Assembly: GCA_951406725.2 (NCBI GenBank)
Contig: OX597824.1
Coordinates: 21,886,001 to 21,950,000 of the forward strand
Source of the DNA: Octopus vulgaris
Taxonomy: Eukaryota
Reading direction: 5' to 3'
DNA: 64,000 nt
The position numbers were made by a program, and so were the translations under genes. Positions 37,371-51,076 of the stretch are shown here, one piece after another. The notes beneath the pieces were generated by a model. The model had not been told where the DNA came from and ran no database searches. It saw only the letters and a program-made list of their open reading frames with translations. Position 1 is the stretch's first letter, and every line of letters begins with the position of its first letter.

Positions 37371-38644
37371 ATAATTCTGTGGCTCACCACCTTCATATGC
37401 AAATCCAAATCCAATACCTGGGTTTGTCCACTCATACAGAAAAGGAACGGGGACAGCTGAAAGACTCAAAACCAGCCAATTTGTAGCTTCTTTGCTAATA
37501 TCAGACTGACAGAAAGTAGTCCCTGATATCATTAGGACCCAATGACATCAAGATTAAATTGTTCCACGTCCTAAAACAAATTAGTAATGTAATTTTGGCT
37601 ACAGATATTAAAACATTACAATCTAACCACTCTCTCTTTCCCTACTATAAAGAAAATAAAAATTATGTTTCTCCGTTTATTATTTTGTAATTATATTTTT
37701 ATCCTTCTATCGGCATTTAAAGTTTTTTATTAATTTCACTCCTGACTACATGATTCATTACAGTAATAAAATTATTAACAAAATAAATAATAAATTAAAA
37801 GAAATCATACAAATTCGTACTGGAGTTTTATCAATGGAAAACATCTTATTTTACTCGACATAAAGCTCTGTATAATTTCTTTACTTTAATTTTATATTTT
37901 AAAGCAAATTTTTTATATCATTTATAATTTTTAATTAAGGTCAACTTCTGTAATTTGAACCCACACCAATAAATTACAAGTAATATACTACTGTCACAGA
38001 AGTAGGTACTGATCTTGGAAATGATAAGAGGTACTCATGAGTGTTTTAATCTATAACTTCATTATCTCTCCTGACTCGCCATTTTAGAAATTGTGAATTA
38101 TTAACAACAAAGGGTTTATTTTTCTCTTTGGCTCTCAGAATCTAGAAGCAGGAAGTGGTGGGCGGGTGGTATGATTGAACATAAGATTAACATTATTAAC
38201 AACAATAAAGAGAGTATTTAGCCCAACTATCAGATGTGACATTATAGTCGCCATTGAAAATAATTTGGCCTTCGTAGTACCGAAAAGAAATGCATTAATA
38301 ATTTAATAAGGAAGATAAGATGGCGACTAGCAGAATCAGAAGAGAACTCAACAAAATGCCTTGTTGCATTTATTAAGTTCTGAATTTAAATCATTTCAGC
38401 TCAACTTTACATTTCATCCTTTGGGTGTTCATAAAATATATATCTGAGGTAAATTTAATCAACGGTGCTCTCTCTCTTAACCCTTTTGTTAGAATATTTC
38501 TGCTGAAATGCACTGCCCTTGTTTCAACATATTTTGAAAATAAGGAATTTACTGAAATAACTTTGTTCCTATTTAGCCGATATTTGGAGCATATGTAAGC
38601 TTATATGAAATTTTGATGAATGGTCTTAATTTTAATTACTTTAA

Positions 38645-38864
38645 CCCTTTTGTTACTAACCCAGCCCAAACCGGCTCTGGCTCTGTGGTAAAATGTCTTG
38701 TTTTCATAAGTTTTGAATTAAAATATTCCACCAAGCCTTAGTCATAATTTACATTCCTAACACTAGCTTAATGATAACTAAGTTATTTTACTAAATTCTT
38801 TGTTATGGTTAAAGTAATTGAAAGAAACACAGAGCATCTCAAAATAAATATGGTAACAAAAGGG
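38645..38864. mobile_element. piggyBac-type MITE (type 1), intact, in a cluster of three copies (38477-39030)
   Basis: TTAA|CCCTTTTGTTAC...GTAACAAAAGGG|TTAA: TIRs with a TTAA target duplication. Confidence 0.85.
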
Positions 38865-39639
38865 TTAAATTAGGAAGTTTAGCCCTTTTATTATCAACAT
38901 TTCTATTGAAATACACTGCATTTGTTTGAATTAATTTTCAAAAATAATGAAGAAATTTAGTAAGCTAACTTCATCCTTAGAACACAAATTCACATGAAAT
39001 TTCTTTAAAAGTTTAAAATTTAGATCACTTAGGGCACCCAGCAGTAGAAATCATGTTACAACAGACAATTGGAGTCTGGACAGTTCCCTGATAGTCAGCT
39101 CCACCTCAAACCGTCCATCCCATACCAGCATAGAAAGCAGACATTAAATGATGATGATGCAGTGTAGTATCAAAAGATTTCTAATGTATGGTCTTGAACT
39201 TCCATTAAAAGTCAGTATTTTAATAAAGAAGTTTCATTTTTTCCATAAGCTAAAGATAGAGCCCCTATATACTCCTATGAATGGCTAGAAATAGCAACCA
39301 AATCCACTTTGAGTTTAAATCACAACCCTTCTATCTTGACAATTCGCAGATATGCAGGCTGGTCATGCCTGGAACACCTTTCATCATAGATCTATTCAGT
39401 TAGATGGGTGCAAAATGGTTGAGTGGTTAAAAATGAGTGGCAATTAGGACAAGTGTCTTTAATTGTGACCTTAGGCCAGTCCAAGCTTTGTGAGTGAAAA
39501 TCGATAGATAGAAACTGCAGGGAAGCCTCCTCTGATTTAAAGGTTTGACCAGTCTTCTCATTCTGTGTTATACTGAATTTATGTGAGAATTACAGTAAGT
39601 TAACATGTGCCTGTCCTCCACATGGTCCAGTCTTTGTTG

Positions 39640-40055
39640 CAGTGTGGTGATTTGGGTGAGAGCTATGCTAGTAGGGCCTCCCATCCTGGACTGGTCAAAG
39701 GATAAAGGTCTGACTAATAAAAATGAGTTTTCATAGGGGCAACACCCCTAAGAAGGCAAAAAGCAAAGTTACCAGAGCATCACTAACAATTCCAAAACCA
39801 ACAAGACATGGGGCAGTAAGACATGTACTCATGGAAACATAGGACATGCCAGGCCTTGACCTGGAACTCACAAAGGAGGCAGAAGAAAGGACATTCTAAA
39901 AAAAAGCTGGAAGTAGGGTACTGAAACAGAGTTAACTAAAAAAAGGCAGAGATTCTGCTAGAGAGAAGCAGAAAAGACATCTCAAAGTTGAGAACAGTAG
40001 AGGAAAGTCATTGATGGCCAATGCTCCATTGGGAGAAAATGGCTTAAATTAAAAT
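39640..40055 (+). mobile_element. Non-autonomous RTE-derived (Ceph-domain-like) element
   Basis: GAGCTATGCTAGTAGGGCCTCCCATCCTGGACTGGTCAAAGG...TGACTAA at the 5' end; GTCATTGATGGCCAATGCTCC...GGCTTAA RTE-like 3' end. Confidence 0.55.
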
Positions 40056-40739
40056 ACGTCTGTGGAGTACTCAGCCACTTACATACTAATTTGATTATAA
40101 TTAAGTTGTTCAGATGATTGAACAGTAGAAAAACCCATCTCTGAAGCTAGTAGAAGCTCATTTACTCAGTCGCAACTGACCCGAAGCTATGTGTGTGTGA
40201 TGACAGAAAACAATAAGTGTCTCTCTCCAACCCCGACTACACACAATCACCAAAGATATGTTTTATAAAACAAAATAGAAAATTTCAGAAAATTGATTAA
40301 CAGAAACAAAAACAGCTCGAAATATTTCAAAACTATAAAAGTCAGTCTTGACAATGAAACACATCGCCACACATGATTGTTTTATGTTGCTGTTTTTTTT
40401 TTATTATTTAATATTTATTTTTTTTTTATTGTTGTACTTGCATTTGTTTGTGTGTGTGTTTTTTTTTTTGTCATTTATTTCTTTGTTTATTTTGCTTTTA
40501 TCTGAATGGAATCAAAGCAGAAATTTTCAAAATAATCATTGGTCTTTCGAAATTAATTAATGAAGAGAAATATCAGAAAATTAGCATGTGAAAATGCAGA
40601 AACAGTGTTGTCTGTTTATTATTTTAGCCATTTTTAGAGACAAATTTCGTCTTATTTAAAACTTCATGAATTTTTACATCTTTTGTTTTGGAGGAAACAT
40701 CTTTGAGATTTAAGATTTTTGAAAAGTTAGAAAATAATT

Positions 40740-40875
40740 ACACATGTGTGTATGTGTGTGTGTGTGTGTGTATAGAGGTGTGTGTAGAGGTGTGTGTTAG
40801 TATGTATATGTGTGTGTATAACATATATATGCGTATTTGTATACATACACTCATGGACACAAATATACATGTATG

Positions 40876-40909
<34 letters not shown>

Positions 40910-41083
40910 TGTGAACGTATATACACATACACACATGAAATATATATGAATGTATATATGTATGTGAACATGCATAGATATATATATACATACACCGCAC
41001 ACATGTAAATATTTGCATGTATATGTTTGTGCGTGAGTGTGTATATATATATGTGTGTGTGTGTGTGTGTATATATGTATGTG

Positions 41084-41132
<49 letters not shown>

Positions 41133-41275
41133 ATATGTATGTATGTATATACAGGTACTCATATGTGCATGTATATGTATCTATATAAACATATGTATAC
41201 ACAGACACACATACACATGTCAACACGTGCATTATATAGAAACACACACACACATATAAACACACACACACACAA
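40740..41275. repeat. TG/TA/CA microsatellite field
   Basis: Direct inspection. Confidence 0.9.
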
Positions 41276-41936
41276 AATCAATAAATCATTATTCTTAATA
41301 ATTAACTAAATTTATCCATTACCAGTGTTCAGGATAATGCGGCAGAAGTCGTTACTTTATGTAAACAATATGCAATACAAAATCTAAACGTTTGAATTGT
41401 AATAATTACCACTATAACATTAAATATTCTGGTACTGTAACCAACAGACCAACAGAATGTTGCTGCTGCTGCTGATGATGATGATGCTTTTGATGTTGAT
41501 GATGATGATGCTGCTGTTTACCAGATTCTGCTGGAATCCGTCATATGACTGATTCCTATTTCCCTCATTCAAAATACATTTTTAAATATTTCCTACCCAT
41601 TGTTCTTCAAATGTTTTTCAACTCATTGTTCTTTAAATAATCTAAAATTCTGGTCATCTGTTTATTTACATGAATGTTAAAAACAAAAAAATAAAATAAA
41701 ATAATAAAAAAATTAATAAATAAATAAATAACGAAATTGGTGCAGTGATGGCTGTGTGGTTAGGAAGGTTGCTTTGCAAACCATGTGGTTTCAGGTTCAG
41801 TCCCACAGCACAACATCTTGGGAAAGTGTCTTTTACTATAGTACTTGGAGCTGACCAATGCCTCGTGGGTGCATTTGGCTGATGGAAAATGTCTGGAAGA
41901 TCTGTTGTGTATACATAAATAAATATATATATATAC

Positions 41937-42345
41937 AGGTGCAGGAGTGGCTGCGTGGTAAGTAGCTTACTTACGAACCATATGGTTCTGTGTGTGGCAC
42001 CTTGGGCAAGTGTCTTCAACTATAGCCTTGGGCCAACCAAAGCCTTGTGAATGGATTTGGTAGACAGAAACTGAAAGAAGCCTGTCGTATATATGTATAT
42101 GTATATATATATATATGTGTTGTGTGTGTGTTTGTATGCCTGTGTTTGTCACCCCTCCCCCAACATCACTTCACAACCAATGCTGGTGTGTTTATGTTCC
42201 CATAAACTTAGCGGTTCGGCAAAAGAGACTGATAGAATAAGTACTAGGCTTACAAAGAATAAGTCCTGGAGTTGATTTGCTCAACTAAAGGCAGTGCTCC
42301 AGCATGGCCACACTTCAATGACTGACTGAAACAAGCAAGTAACAA
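41937..42345 (+). mobile_element. SINE family A
   Basis: GGTGCAGGAGTGGCTGCGTGGTAAG through GACTGAAACAAG. Confidence 0.85.
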
Positions 42346-42492
42346 AAAAAAGATAAAAAGATAAATGAAAGTAGAGAGTAATTTGAGGAAGTTTTGGCTG
42401 CTACTTCTAGCAAGTTGAGCAATCACATACAAGCTACCTCATTGATTTGATGTATGTGTGTCTAGTTGTGTGTATGTGTACATACATGTGCG

Positions 42493-42817
42493 GTGGAGGT
42501 GCATGGCTAAGTGGTTAGGATATTCAACTCAAGATTGTAAGGCTGTGAATTTAATACATGGTAGAACATTATGTCCTTGAGCAAGGCACTCTCTTTCACA
42601 TTGTTCCAGTCCATTCAGCTGGTTAAAGTGAGTTGTGCCTGTATTTCAAAGGGCCAGCCATGTCATATTCTGTGTCATGCTGAACCACCCAGAGAACTCC
42701 ATTAAGGGTATGCATCTTTGTTAGAATGCTCAGCCATTTGCATATTAATTTCACAAGCAGGTTGTTTTGTTGATCGGATCAACTGGATCACTTGTTGTCA
42801 TATCCAATGGAGTGCCA
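42493..42817 (+). mobile_element. SINE family C3
   Basis: GGAGGTGCATGGCTAAGTGGTTAG...TCCTTGAGCAAGGCACT...GGAGTGCCA. Confidence 0.8.
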
Positions 42818-43334
42818 TACATGTGTGAGTGTGTGTGTGAGTACTATGAGAGTAGAGTGTATACATGTACTTTTTTTTTTATATTCTGTCAAGGATCAAT
42901 ATTCAACAACCGTTAGTGCGTAATGAGAAGAAACATGTTACGTGTGTGAACAGAGATTATATTGAAGACATTTGCCATTGCAAAAACACAAACCTCAAAT
43001 GGATTGTTGCATCACCAACATCCATCTCAACATTGGGAAGGCAAGAAAGTTAATAATAATAATAAAAATAACAACAACCAACAATAATAGAATCATTAAT
43101 GCTTTGGACAAATACGCTCAGTGCCATTTTTTCCAGCTCTATAGATTCTGAGATCAAATCCTGCCAAAGTGAATTTTGCCTTTTGTCCTTTTCGGAACCA
43201 TAAAATAAAGTAGTCGTGCAGTACTGGTGCCTTGTGCAAATAGTAGAAATAATACTTATTATTATTATTATTGAGTGAGAGAGCAGTATATGCCATCAAA
43301 GTGACACTGGGGTACAAAATATATATATATATAT

Positions 43335-43733
43335 ACTCTTTTACACTTGTATTTGTTTCAGTCATTTGACTGTGGCCATGCTGGAGCACCACCTTTAGTC
43401 GAGCAAATCAATCCCATGACCTATTCTTTGTAAGCCTGGTACTTATTCTATCGCTCTTGTTTGCCGAACTGCTAAGTTATGGGGACGTAAACACACCAGC
43501 ATCAGTTATCAAATGATGTTAGGGGAACAAACACAGACACACAAACACACACACATATATACATATACATAACGGGCTTCTTTCAGTTTCTGTCGACCAA
43601 GTCCACTCACAAAACTTTGGTCAGCCCAAGGCTATTGTAGAAGACACTTGCCCAGGGTGCCAAGGAGTGGGACTGAACCGAGAACCATGTGGTTGGTAAG
43701 CAAGCTACTTACTACACAGCCACTCCTATGCCT
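43335..43733 (-). mobile_element. SINE family A
   Basis: Full homology to the other family A copies. Confidence 0.88.
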
Positions 43734-44211
43734 ATATATATATATATATATATATATAAATATCTATCTATCTATATAATATAATATATAAATATATGCA
43801 TATATACATACATATATGAACATACCTACATATATATGTATATATACATGCATATATGGGTACAGGACATCAAAATAACGTTAAACACTATCCAGGCAGG
43901 TATCATTTGAGCACGCAATTATAATCCAGGTTGTGGATAACACTGTATTTCATCCAATGGTTGGTTATATACTGGGTTTACTTCGCAAGGTTATAAATAT
44001 TTTACCAAGTGTATATCTAAGACAATTACAAGGAATATGGAGACTAGCACTTCTGCACATTCCTCTACTTCTACAGTCAATTATGCAACACATTTGCTCC
44101 AAACTCTGCTGCACAGACATCTAGCAACTGCATTTGCATCCAGTCACCTTCAACCGATCACTTGTCTATGCAACTCTAACCAAGGTCCATTTACCTGGGA
44201 TTGTTGGGTGA

Positions 44212-44614
44212 CCTGCTGTGCTTGATGAGACCTATTGAGTCAAGTACATCAACATCAAAATAAAAATCAAATGGAAATTGCAGTTGTGATACCTGTGCTG
44301 GTGGCATGTAAAAAGCACCATCCAAACATGGCCGATGCCAGCGCCACCTTGACTGGCTTCTGTGCCGGTGGCACGTAAAAAGCACCAACTGATCGTGGCT
44401 GCAGCCAGCCTCCCCTGGCACCTGTGCCGGTGGCATGTAAAAAGCACCCACTATACTATATGGAGTGGTTAGCGTTAGGAAGGGCATCCAGCTGTAGAAA
44501 CACTGCCAGATCAGACTGGAGCCTGGTGCAGCCTCCTGGCTTCCCAGACCCTGGTTGAACCGTTCAACCTGTGCTAGCATGGAAAACGGATGTTAAACAA
44601 TAATGATGATGATG
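44212..44614 (+). mobile_element. Family D copy with three internal units
   Basis: TGTGCYGGTGGCAYGTAAAAAGCACC x3, GTTAGGAAGGGCATCCAGCTGTAGAAAC, (GAT)n tail. Confidence 0.85.
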
Positions 44615-44616
44615 AA

Positions 44617-44669
<53 letters not shown>

Positions 44670-44905
44670 CATTTGGTTAGTAAAAATATGTTAGTGTCAT
44701 ATTTTAACTTCTAAAAGCAAATTCACTGCAGTTACTGTAAAGAAAAAATTCTTTTTTTATGGTAAAAGGTGTAAAAAAACTCCCAGTAGACATGGTGTTT
44801 TCTCCAAAGTAACTGCACCGAATTTGCCTTTAGAAGTTAAAATACATAACATATTTTAACTAACCTAAAGTTCATTTAGTCCTAATGGCTGCTTGACAAT
44901 GATGG

Positions 44906-44936
<31 letters not shown>

Positions 44937-44939
<3 letters not shown>

Positions 44940-45241
44940 TTTTTTTTATTTCAGTCATTTGACTGCGGCCATGCTGGAGCATGCCTTTAGTCAAAGAAAT
45001 CGACTCTAGGACTCATTCTTTTGTAAGGTTAGTACTTATTCTATCAATCTCTTTTGTCAAACCGCTAAGTTACAGGGATGTAAGCACACCAGCATCGGTT
45101 GTTAAGCATTGGTGGGGGAACAAACACCCTCAGACAAACCTATAGTAGAGGACACCTGCCCAAGTTGCTATGCAGTGGGACTGAACCCAGAATCATGTGG
45201 TTGGTAAATAAGCTACTTACCACACAGCCACTCCTGCACCT
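44937..45241 (-). mobile_element. SINE family A with internal deletion
   Basis: Head and tail present; microsatellite and adjacent body missing at ~45140. Confidence 0.8.
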
Positions 45242-45259
45242 ATATATATATACATATGC

Positions 45260-45311
<52 letters not shown>

Positions 45312-45398
45312 AGAGCTTACGAAAAAAAGAAAAGACGAAGACAGGTGGTGTAGAAAACAAACAGCTGTATTAGTATAACGCTCAGGAATAGAAAAAGT

Positions 45399-45434
45399 CT
45401 TTTACGTTTCGAGCCTACGCTCTTCTACAGAAAG
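45399..45434 (-). ncRNA. Minimal hammerhead-like motif, CUGUAGA core variant, in a Penelope-like fragment (45308-45453) abutting (TA)n
   Basis: Minus strand CTTT-CTGTAGA-A-GAGC GTAG GCTC-GAAA-CG-TA-AAAG; stems I and II perfect, stem III reduced to palindromic ACGT. Confidence 0.6.
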
Positions 45435-45614
45435 GGACACAGAAAAAACAAAGTGCTGTGCAGCAGGATCAAACTCAGGACCATTGAGATTGAAAAGTGA
45501 GATCAATGAATGTAGTTGATGCTAAACTTGAACATCAGCAAGCTAATGTCTGCAGGAAAAAATGAAGCAGGTGGAGTGAGAGAGAAATTGAGAAAGACAG
45601 AAAGCGATACATAA

Positions 45615-45647
<33 letters not shown>

Positions 45648-46161
45648 AAGAGAGGAGAGAGAGGAGAGAGGGTGAGAGTAGACTACTTCATTAACAATGT
45701 CTGTTGAGCAATCTTTGAAAGCCTATTAAACCATGACTATAATTTAGGTTTCAACAGTGAAACAAAGTCTGGAGAATTTACATTTACATTATATCACTGT
45801 AAACAATCGTGTTGGCACAGTGTTGAGCGGTATGTCATTGTATATTGGACTTCACAAACTTGAGACATTAGTTTCGCTTGGATAATGCCAATTGGGACCA
45901 ACTATGGCTTTAAAAACAGACACACCACTGAATTAAAAATAATAAACTTTAATAATATATGAGTGTGTGTATATGTGTGTATGTGCCTGTGTGTGTATGT
46001 GTGTCTGTGTGTAGTTGCCTGTCTGTCTGTCTCGTTTTTCTCTCTCTGGGTCTGTCGGTGAATAAATTTCGTTTTGCATTGGCACACAAGACAGAAGGGA
46101 GCTGGTATATGTCCAGCGATGCTGCCTCTGTAGTTGCAATTCTTCAAATTTATCAATCCTT

Positions 46162-46432
46162 CACCACCACTACCACCACCACCACCACAATGGCTCCTAC
46201 TACTACCACCACCATCACCACCACCACCACCACCACCACAACAACAACTACTACTACCACCACCACCACCACCATTACTACTGATACTAGTACTACTACT
46301 ACCACTACTACTCCTACTACTACTACCACCACCACCACAACAACTACTACTACCACCACCACCATTACTACTGATAATAGTACTACTACTACTACTACCA
46401 CCACCACCACCACCGCCGCCATCACCACTACT
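46162..46432. repeat. (CAC)n/(TAC)n trinucleotide compound repeat with internal duplication
   Basis: Explains the poly-T/P/V ORFs. Confidence 0.9.
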
Positions 46433-46552
46433 GTTGTTATTTTCTTGATGAATTGAAGGTTTGGCTGTAGATCGAAGCCATTATGGTAATGTGTTTGGGA
46501 AAGCAGAAATGCCACTAATTTCCATTATAATTCTGCTAAAGCATCGGAGCTC

Positions 46553-46587
<35 letters not shown>

Positions 46588-47045
46588 CTTCTGAGCAATT
46601 AAACTTTGCTTTTCTCAAACATATTACCTACAAACCAATGTAGTCACAAGAAAAAAATTTTTTCCCAGAGATATCTTCTCCATGATACACACACACACAT
46701 ATATAAAGTTTAAGCTAACATCTTGAATGTAGTAAGACAGAATTTTTAATAAATTGAAATTCCACTACGATGAGAAGTCATTAGTAAGAGAAAAGAAAAT
46801 GAGAGAGAAATGGAGAGAGAGAGAGGGCGAGAGAGGGGGATAAGGGGAGAGAGAGAGAGAGAACTGAAATCTAAATTTATTAAAGATTAAATGGAGTTGA
46901 CTTGCAGTAAAGAGAAATTCAGATCTATGCTAAGCACAATGACAATTCTGAATGTTTCGATCTTATGAAACCTTTTCAGCAAAGTATAGTTTGCCATGTA
47001 CTTAAGAGACATCAGAATGACAAAAGATATAATTTTTCTTCTTCT

Positions 47046-47492
47046 TCATCATCATCATCATCATTTAATAGCTACTTTTCCATGCTTGCATCAATTGGAT
47101 GGAATTTGTCGAGGCAGATTTTCCAACAGTTGGATGCCCTTCCTGTCACAAACCCTTACACGTTTCCAAGCTAGGTAACATTTTTCTGAGACCAGACATG
47201 TTTTCATGGAAGATTGGGAATGAAAGATGCTATTTGCATGAGGGTGACACTCATTTACAACTATCATGTGATGTCAAAGCAAGGAGGTAGTAACACGCAC
47301 AGACACACACATGACTACATACATATACGCATAAATACAAACACACATGCACGCACACACAAACACACACATATGATAGGCTTCTTTGATTTCCAGCTAC
47401 CAAATCCACTCACAAGGCTTTGCTCAGCTCAAGATTACAGTAGAAGACATTTGCCCAAGGTACCATGCAATGGGACTGAACTTGGAACCATA
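47046..47492 (-). mobile_element. Chimeric SINE: family A 5' half, (TG)n, then D-like 3' module
   Basis: Family A body (CAAATCCACTCACAAGGCTTT...GGGACTGAAC) joined through (CA)n to TGGATGCCCTTCCTGTCAC...(ATC)n. Confidence 0.7.
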
Positions 47493-47805
47493 CTTCGTTT
47501 TTGGATTTGGTTTGCAAGATTCTTTATATGAGTTCGTGTGTTGAAACATATTCTGTTGTGTCTGGGGAGAGTCATTTTCTTTTTGTGCCTAGAGTCAAGA
47601 CTATTGAAAAGGTTGCATGATGCAACGAACATTTTAGGAAAATAGAAATAAGAAATAAGTGGAAATCAGTGGTGTGGAGAGGGGGGACTGGTATGCATGG
47701 GTGACTGCTGGTTGTCCATAAACAACCTTGTCTGAACTCGTACCTCAGAGGGTAACACTCTTGTGCAATCCCATGGTCATTCATGACTGAAGAGGGTCGT
47801 TGCCA

Positions 47806-48171
47806 TTTTTACCTCTGCTTTAACGAAGGCAGAGGTATTGTTTTCAGTCATGTTTGTTTGTCTGTGGACAAGATATCTCAAGAACTTTGGATGGATTTGG
47901 ATGAAACTTTCAGAGACGTTTGGCCTCATGACTGGTACAAACTGATTAGATCTTGGGATCAATCTGGGGCGGGACAAGGATTCTGGTTAATTTTTTCTGC
48001 CCTCTTTTACTTAATTTTTGAGAGTGGTCAGGTTCCATTTTTAGTATTCTCATTTGTGAGAGCAGTTAAGTTTATTTCAGATATTCTCATTTTAAAAATC
48101 ATCTCTGGCTAATCGTTGAGAGGACGTTGGTGTTGCCCTAGTGGAGGTTTGAGCTCTGAGTGCTCTTGTTT
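47806..48171 (+). mobile_element. Non-autonomous Helentron-associated (DINE-1/HINE-like) element
   Basis: 5' TTTTTACCTCTGCTT..AAGGCAGAGGTA hairpin, GTTTGTTTGTCTGT tract, GATTTGGATGAAACTT core, 3' subterminal GTGGAGGT plus a short hairpin, T-rich flanks. Confidence 0.75.
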
Positions 48172-48769
48172 ACCGTTATGTTTGGAAATACAGAGAGACA
48201 CAGCTCTGCTAGGCGGGCTTCCTCTAAATCAGTTGATTCCTAACTTCCCCAAATACCAAAGACCACTTTTAAGTTCAAAGAATATTCCATGTTGACCATA
48301 CATCTATTCCGCTAATTTCAAATTCAGCTCACAGACCTCCTTCTCCAGTACTATCTTTGTGAAGTCCCAGGGCTCCATTGACCATCACTAACCCCCACCT
48401 CCCCCAAATTGTAAACAATTGCTCTAGATAGCTTACATGATGCTGAAGCCATTGATAGTGATCTTACAGACCAGTGAGTACTGCAAGTCAACACACACAC
48501 ACACACACATAAAATAATATTTATCGGTACTATACATTAACTATATAACCAATTTTAAATTTAGATTTGTTGGTAAGATAGACAAAAAAACAAAAATAAA
48601 ATAAAAATAAAGAAAACATCAATAAAATAAAAAAAGAAAGAGGAAGAGAGAAAGAAGTAAGTTAAGATAAAATGTTTTACTTGCATGAGTTATTAAGCTT
48701 ACATTGATTGATTATTTTTTATTGACTGAGTATAAATTCTATCTTAAAAGCCGACTATTCCCCACCACA

Positions 48770-48842
48770 CATCATATACATACATATTTATCGATATATA
48801 TTTATACACATACATCTCTCGCTCTCTCTCTCTCTCTCTGTG

Positions 48843-48885
<43 letters not shown>

Positions 48886-49254
48886 GCATATATATTGATA
48901 CATATATACATATATGCATACATATGTATATACATACATATACACACATACATACATATATATATACATATATATATATATACATACATATATATACATA
49001 TATATGCATACATATATATGCATACATATATATATACATACATATATATACATATACATACATATATCATCATCATCATTTAACGTCCGCCTTCCATGCT
49101 AGCATACATATACATACATACATATATATATATACATATACATATATACATATACATACATACATATATACATACATACATACATACATATATATACATG
49201 CATATATATACGTATATACACATACATATATACACACATACATATAAACATACT

Positions 49255-49285
<31 letters not shown>

Positions 49286-50409
49286 GCATACATATACGTA
49301 TATACACATACATATAAACATATATATATATATATATATATATGCATATCAAATGGATGTGTTATAAAACTATTCTGTACATATAACAGCCAGCAATCCA
49401 ACAACCCAACATACCCCCATCGTCAGCAGCCCCACAGACATCACAATGGTTTCGACACCTGGGTAGTGTCAACAGCACTAAAAATAAGTGTTTTTTGGGA
49501 ACAAACATACCTTCAATATCACCACGTTCATTCAATCTTAATTCTAGGAAGGACTAAACACTTACATTATTAATTAAACTACAACAAAGAAACCACATTT
49601 GCCCTATGTACAAAAACGATATTGGTAAATAAATTCTATTCTATAAGTAAACCTATAACTAATTCCTAAATTATCCAACTAAATAGTAACCAAGCTCTTG
49701 AAGTCCATACAGATAATATTCCCTCCAGTCTGCCATAGTTATTAATATAAAAGTGAAAACTTTTATATTCTATTCTTTCCAAAACAAAACAAATTCGATT
49801 GAACTTGACTAATAATGTAACTAATTTTAAGTGAATTACACTATTTCATAACCCAAAAGTTAATAATACAAACACTACATATGTGTTAAATATTCGTTAT
49901 CCTTACATGCTTTAATGTTAAACTTATACCAGTAATTATATACATACACACACACATATATATACATACATACACACACACATATATATATATATAAATA
50001 TACATACATACACACATATATATATATATAAATATACATACATACACACATGTATATATATATATACATACACACACGTATATATATATATACATACACA
50101 AACACATGTATATATATATATATACATATACATACATACACACACATGTATATGTATATATATATATATATACACACACACACGTATATATATATATATA
50201 TACACATACACATATATATGTACACACACATATATATATATACACATATATATATATATATACACACACACACATATATATATACATACACACACACACA
50301 CACATATACATATATATATATATACATACATATATGCATGTATACACACACACACACATATATACATATATATATACATATATGCATGTATACACACACA
50401 CACACACAC

Positions 50410-50447
<38 letters not shown>

Positions 50448-50490
50448 CATACATACATACACACATATATATATATATATATACACATGA
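48770..50490. repeat. Two long TA/CA microsatellite fields (48770-49345 and 49935-50490)
   Basis: Direct inspection; source of many spurious ORFs. Confidence 0.85.
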
Positions 50491-50911
50491 GGCGAGGGAG
50501 AGAGAGACATCATACATGCATGCATTTCTTCATTAGGTCCATAAGAATGATTGATGGTAGAGTTTATTTTCTTGAGAAATAATAGAAAAGTTCCCTGAAG
50601 CTATTTATATGATTGAGAGACAAGGGAGACCAAAAGAGAGGAAGAGGCTGAGAAAGAAGGAAAGGAAAAGAGTGGCAGAGAGAAAGGGAAAAAAAATAGA
50701 AATTTTATACACTTAGTTTTATTTAGCTTGCTTTATACACACACTCACACACAAACACAAGTACAATACCTGTAAAATGATGACATTTGATGCCATGAAC
50801 AGGTGGAAACAGTTTCATTTTCTCTCCCCCACCCCACCCATCCACAAACTACTGAATCTGAGATGGATCATATTCCAGCAGTTTCTTGTTACCTTTTTTC
50901 ATAAGTACATG

Positions 50912-51076
50912 AGGCGCGGGAGTGGCTGTGTAGTAAGTAGCTTGCTAACCAGCCACATGTTTCCGGGTTCAGTCCCACTGCGTGGCATCTTGGGAAAGTG
51001 TCTTCTGCTATAGCCCCGGGCCGACCAATGCCTTGTGAGTGGATTTGGTAGATGGAAACTGAAAGAAGCCTGTCGT
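50912..51076 (+). mobile_element. SINE family A, 5' half
   Basis: GGCGCGGGAGTGGCTGTGTAGTAAG...GAAACTGAAAGAAGCCTGTCG, ending in microsatellite. Confidence 0.85.

Noticed and set aside
38317-38440. AAGATGGCG as a YY1 site or start codon
   Set aside because: It is the head of an old family B SINE; TTTCATCCTTT follows downstream.
45959-46515. Thr-rich mucin-like ORF
   Set aside because: Open in several frames and on both strands over a (CAC/TAC)n tract; no signal peptide or splice context.
49440-49478. Minus-strand GACAC/GTGTC stem followed by GAAAC
   Set aside because: The upstream core does not match CUGANGA and stem I is absent.
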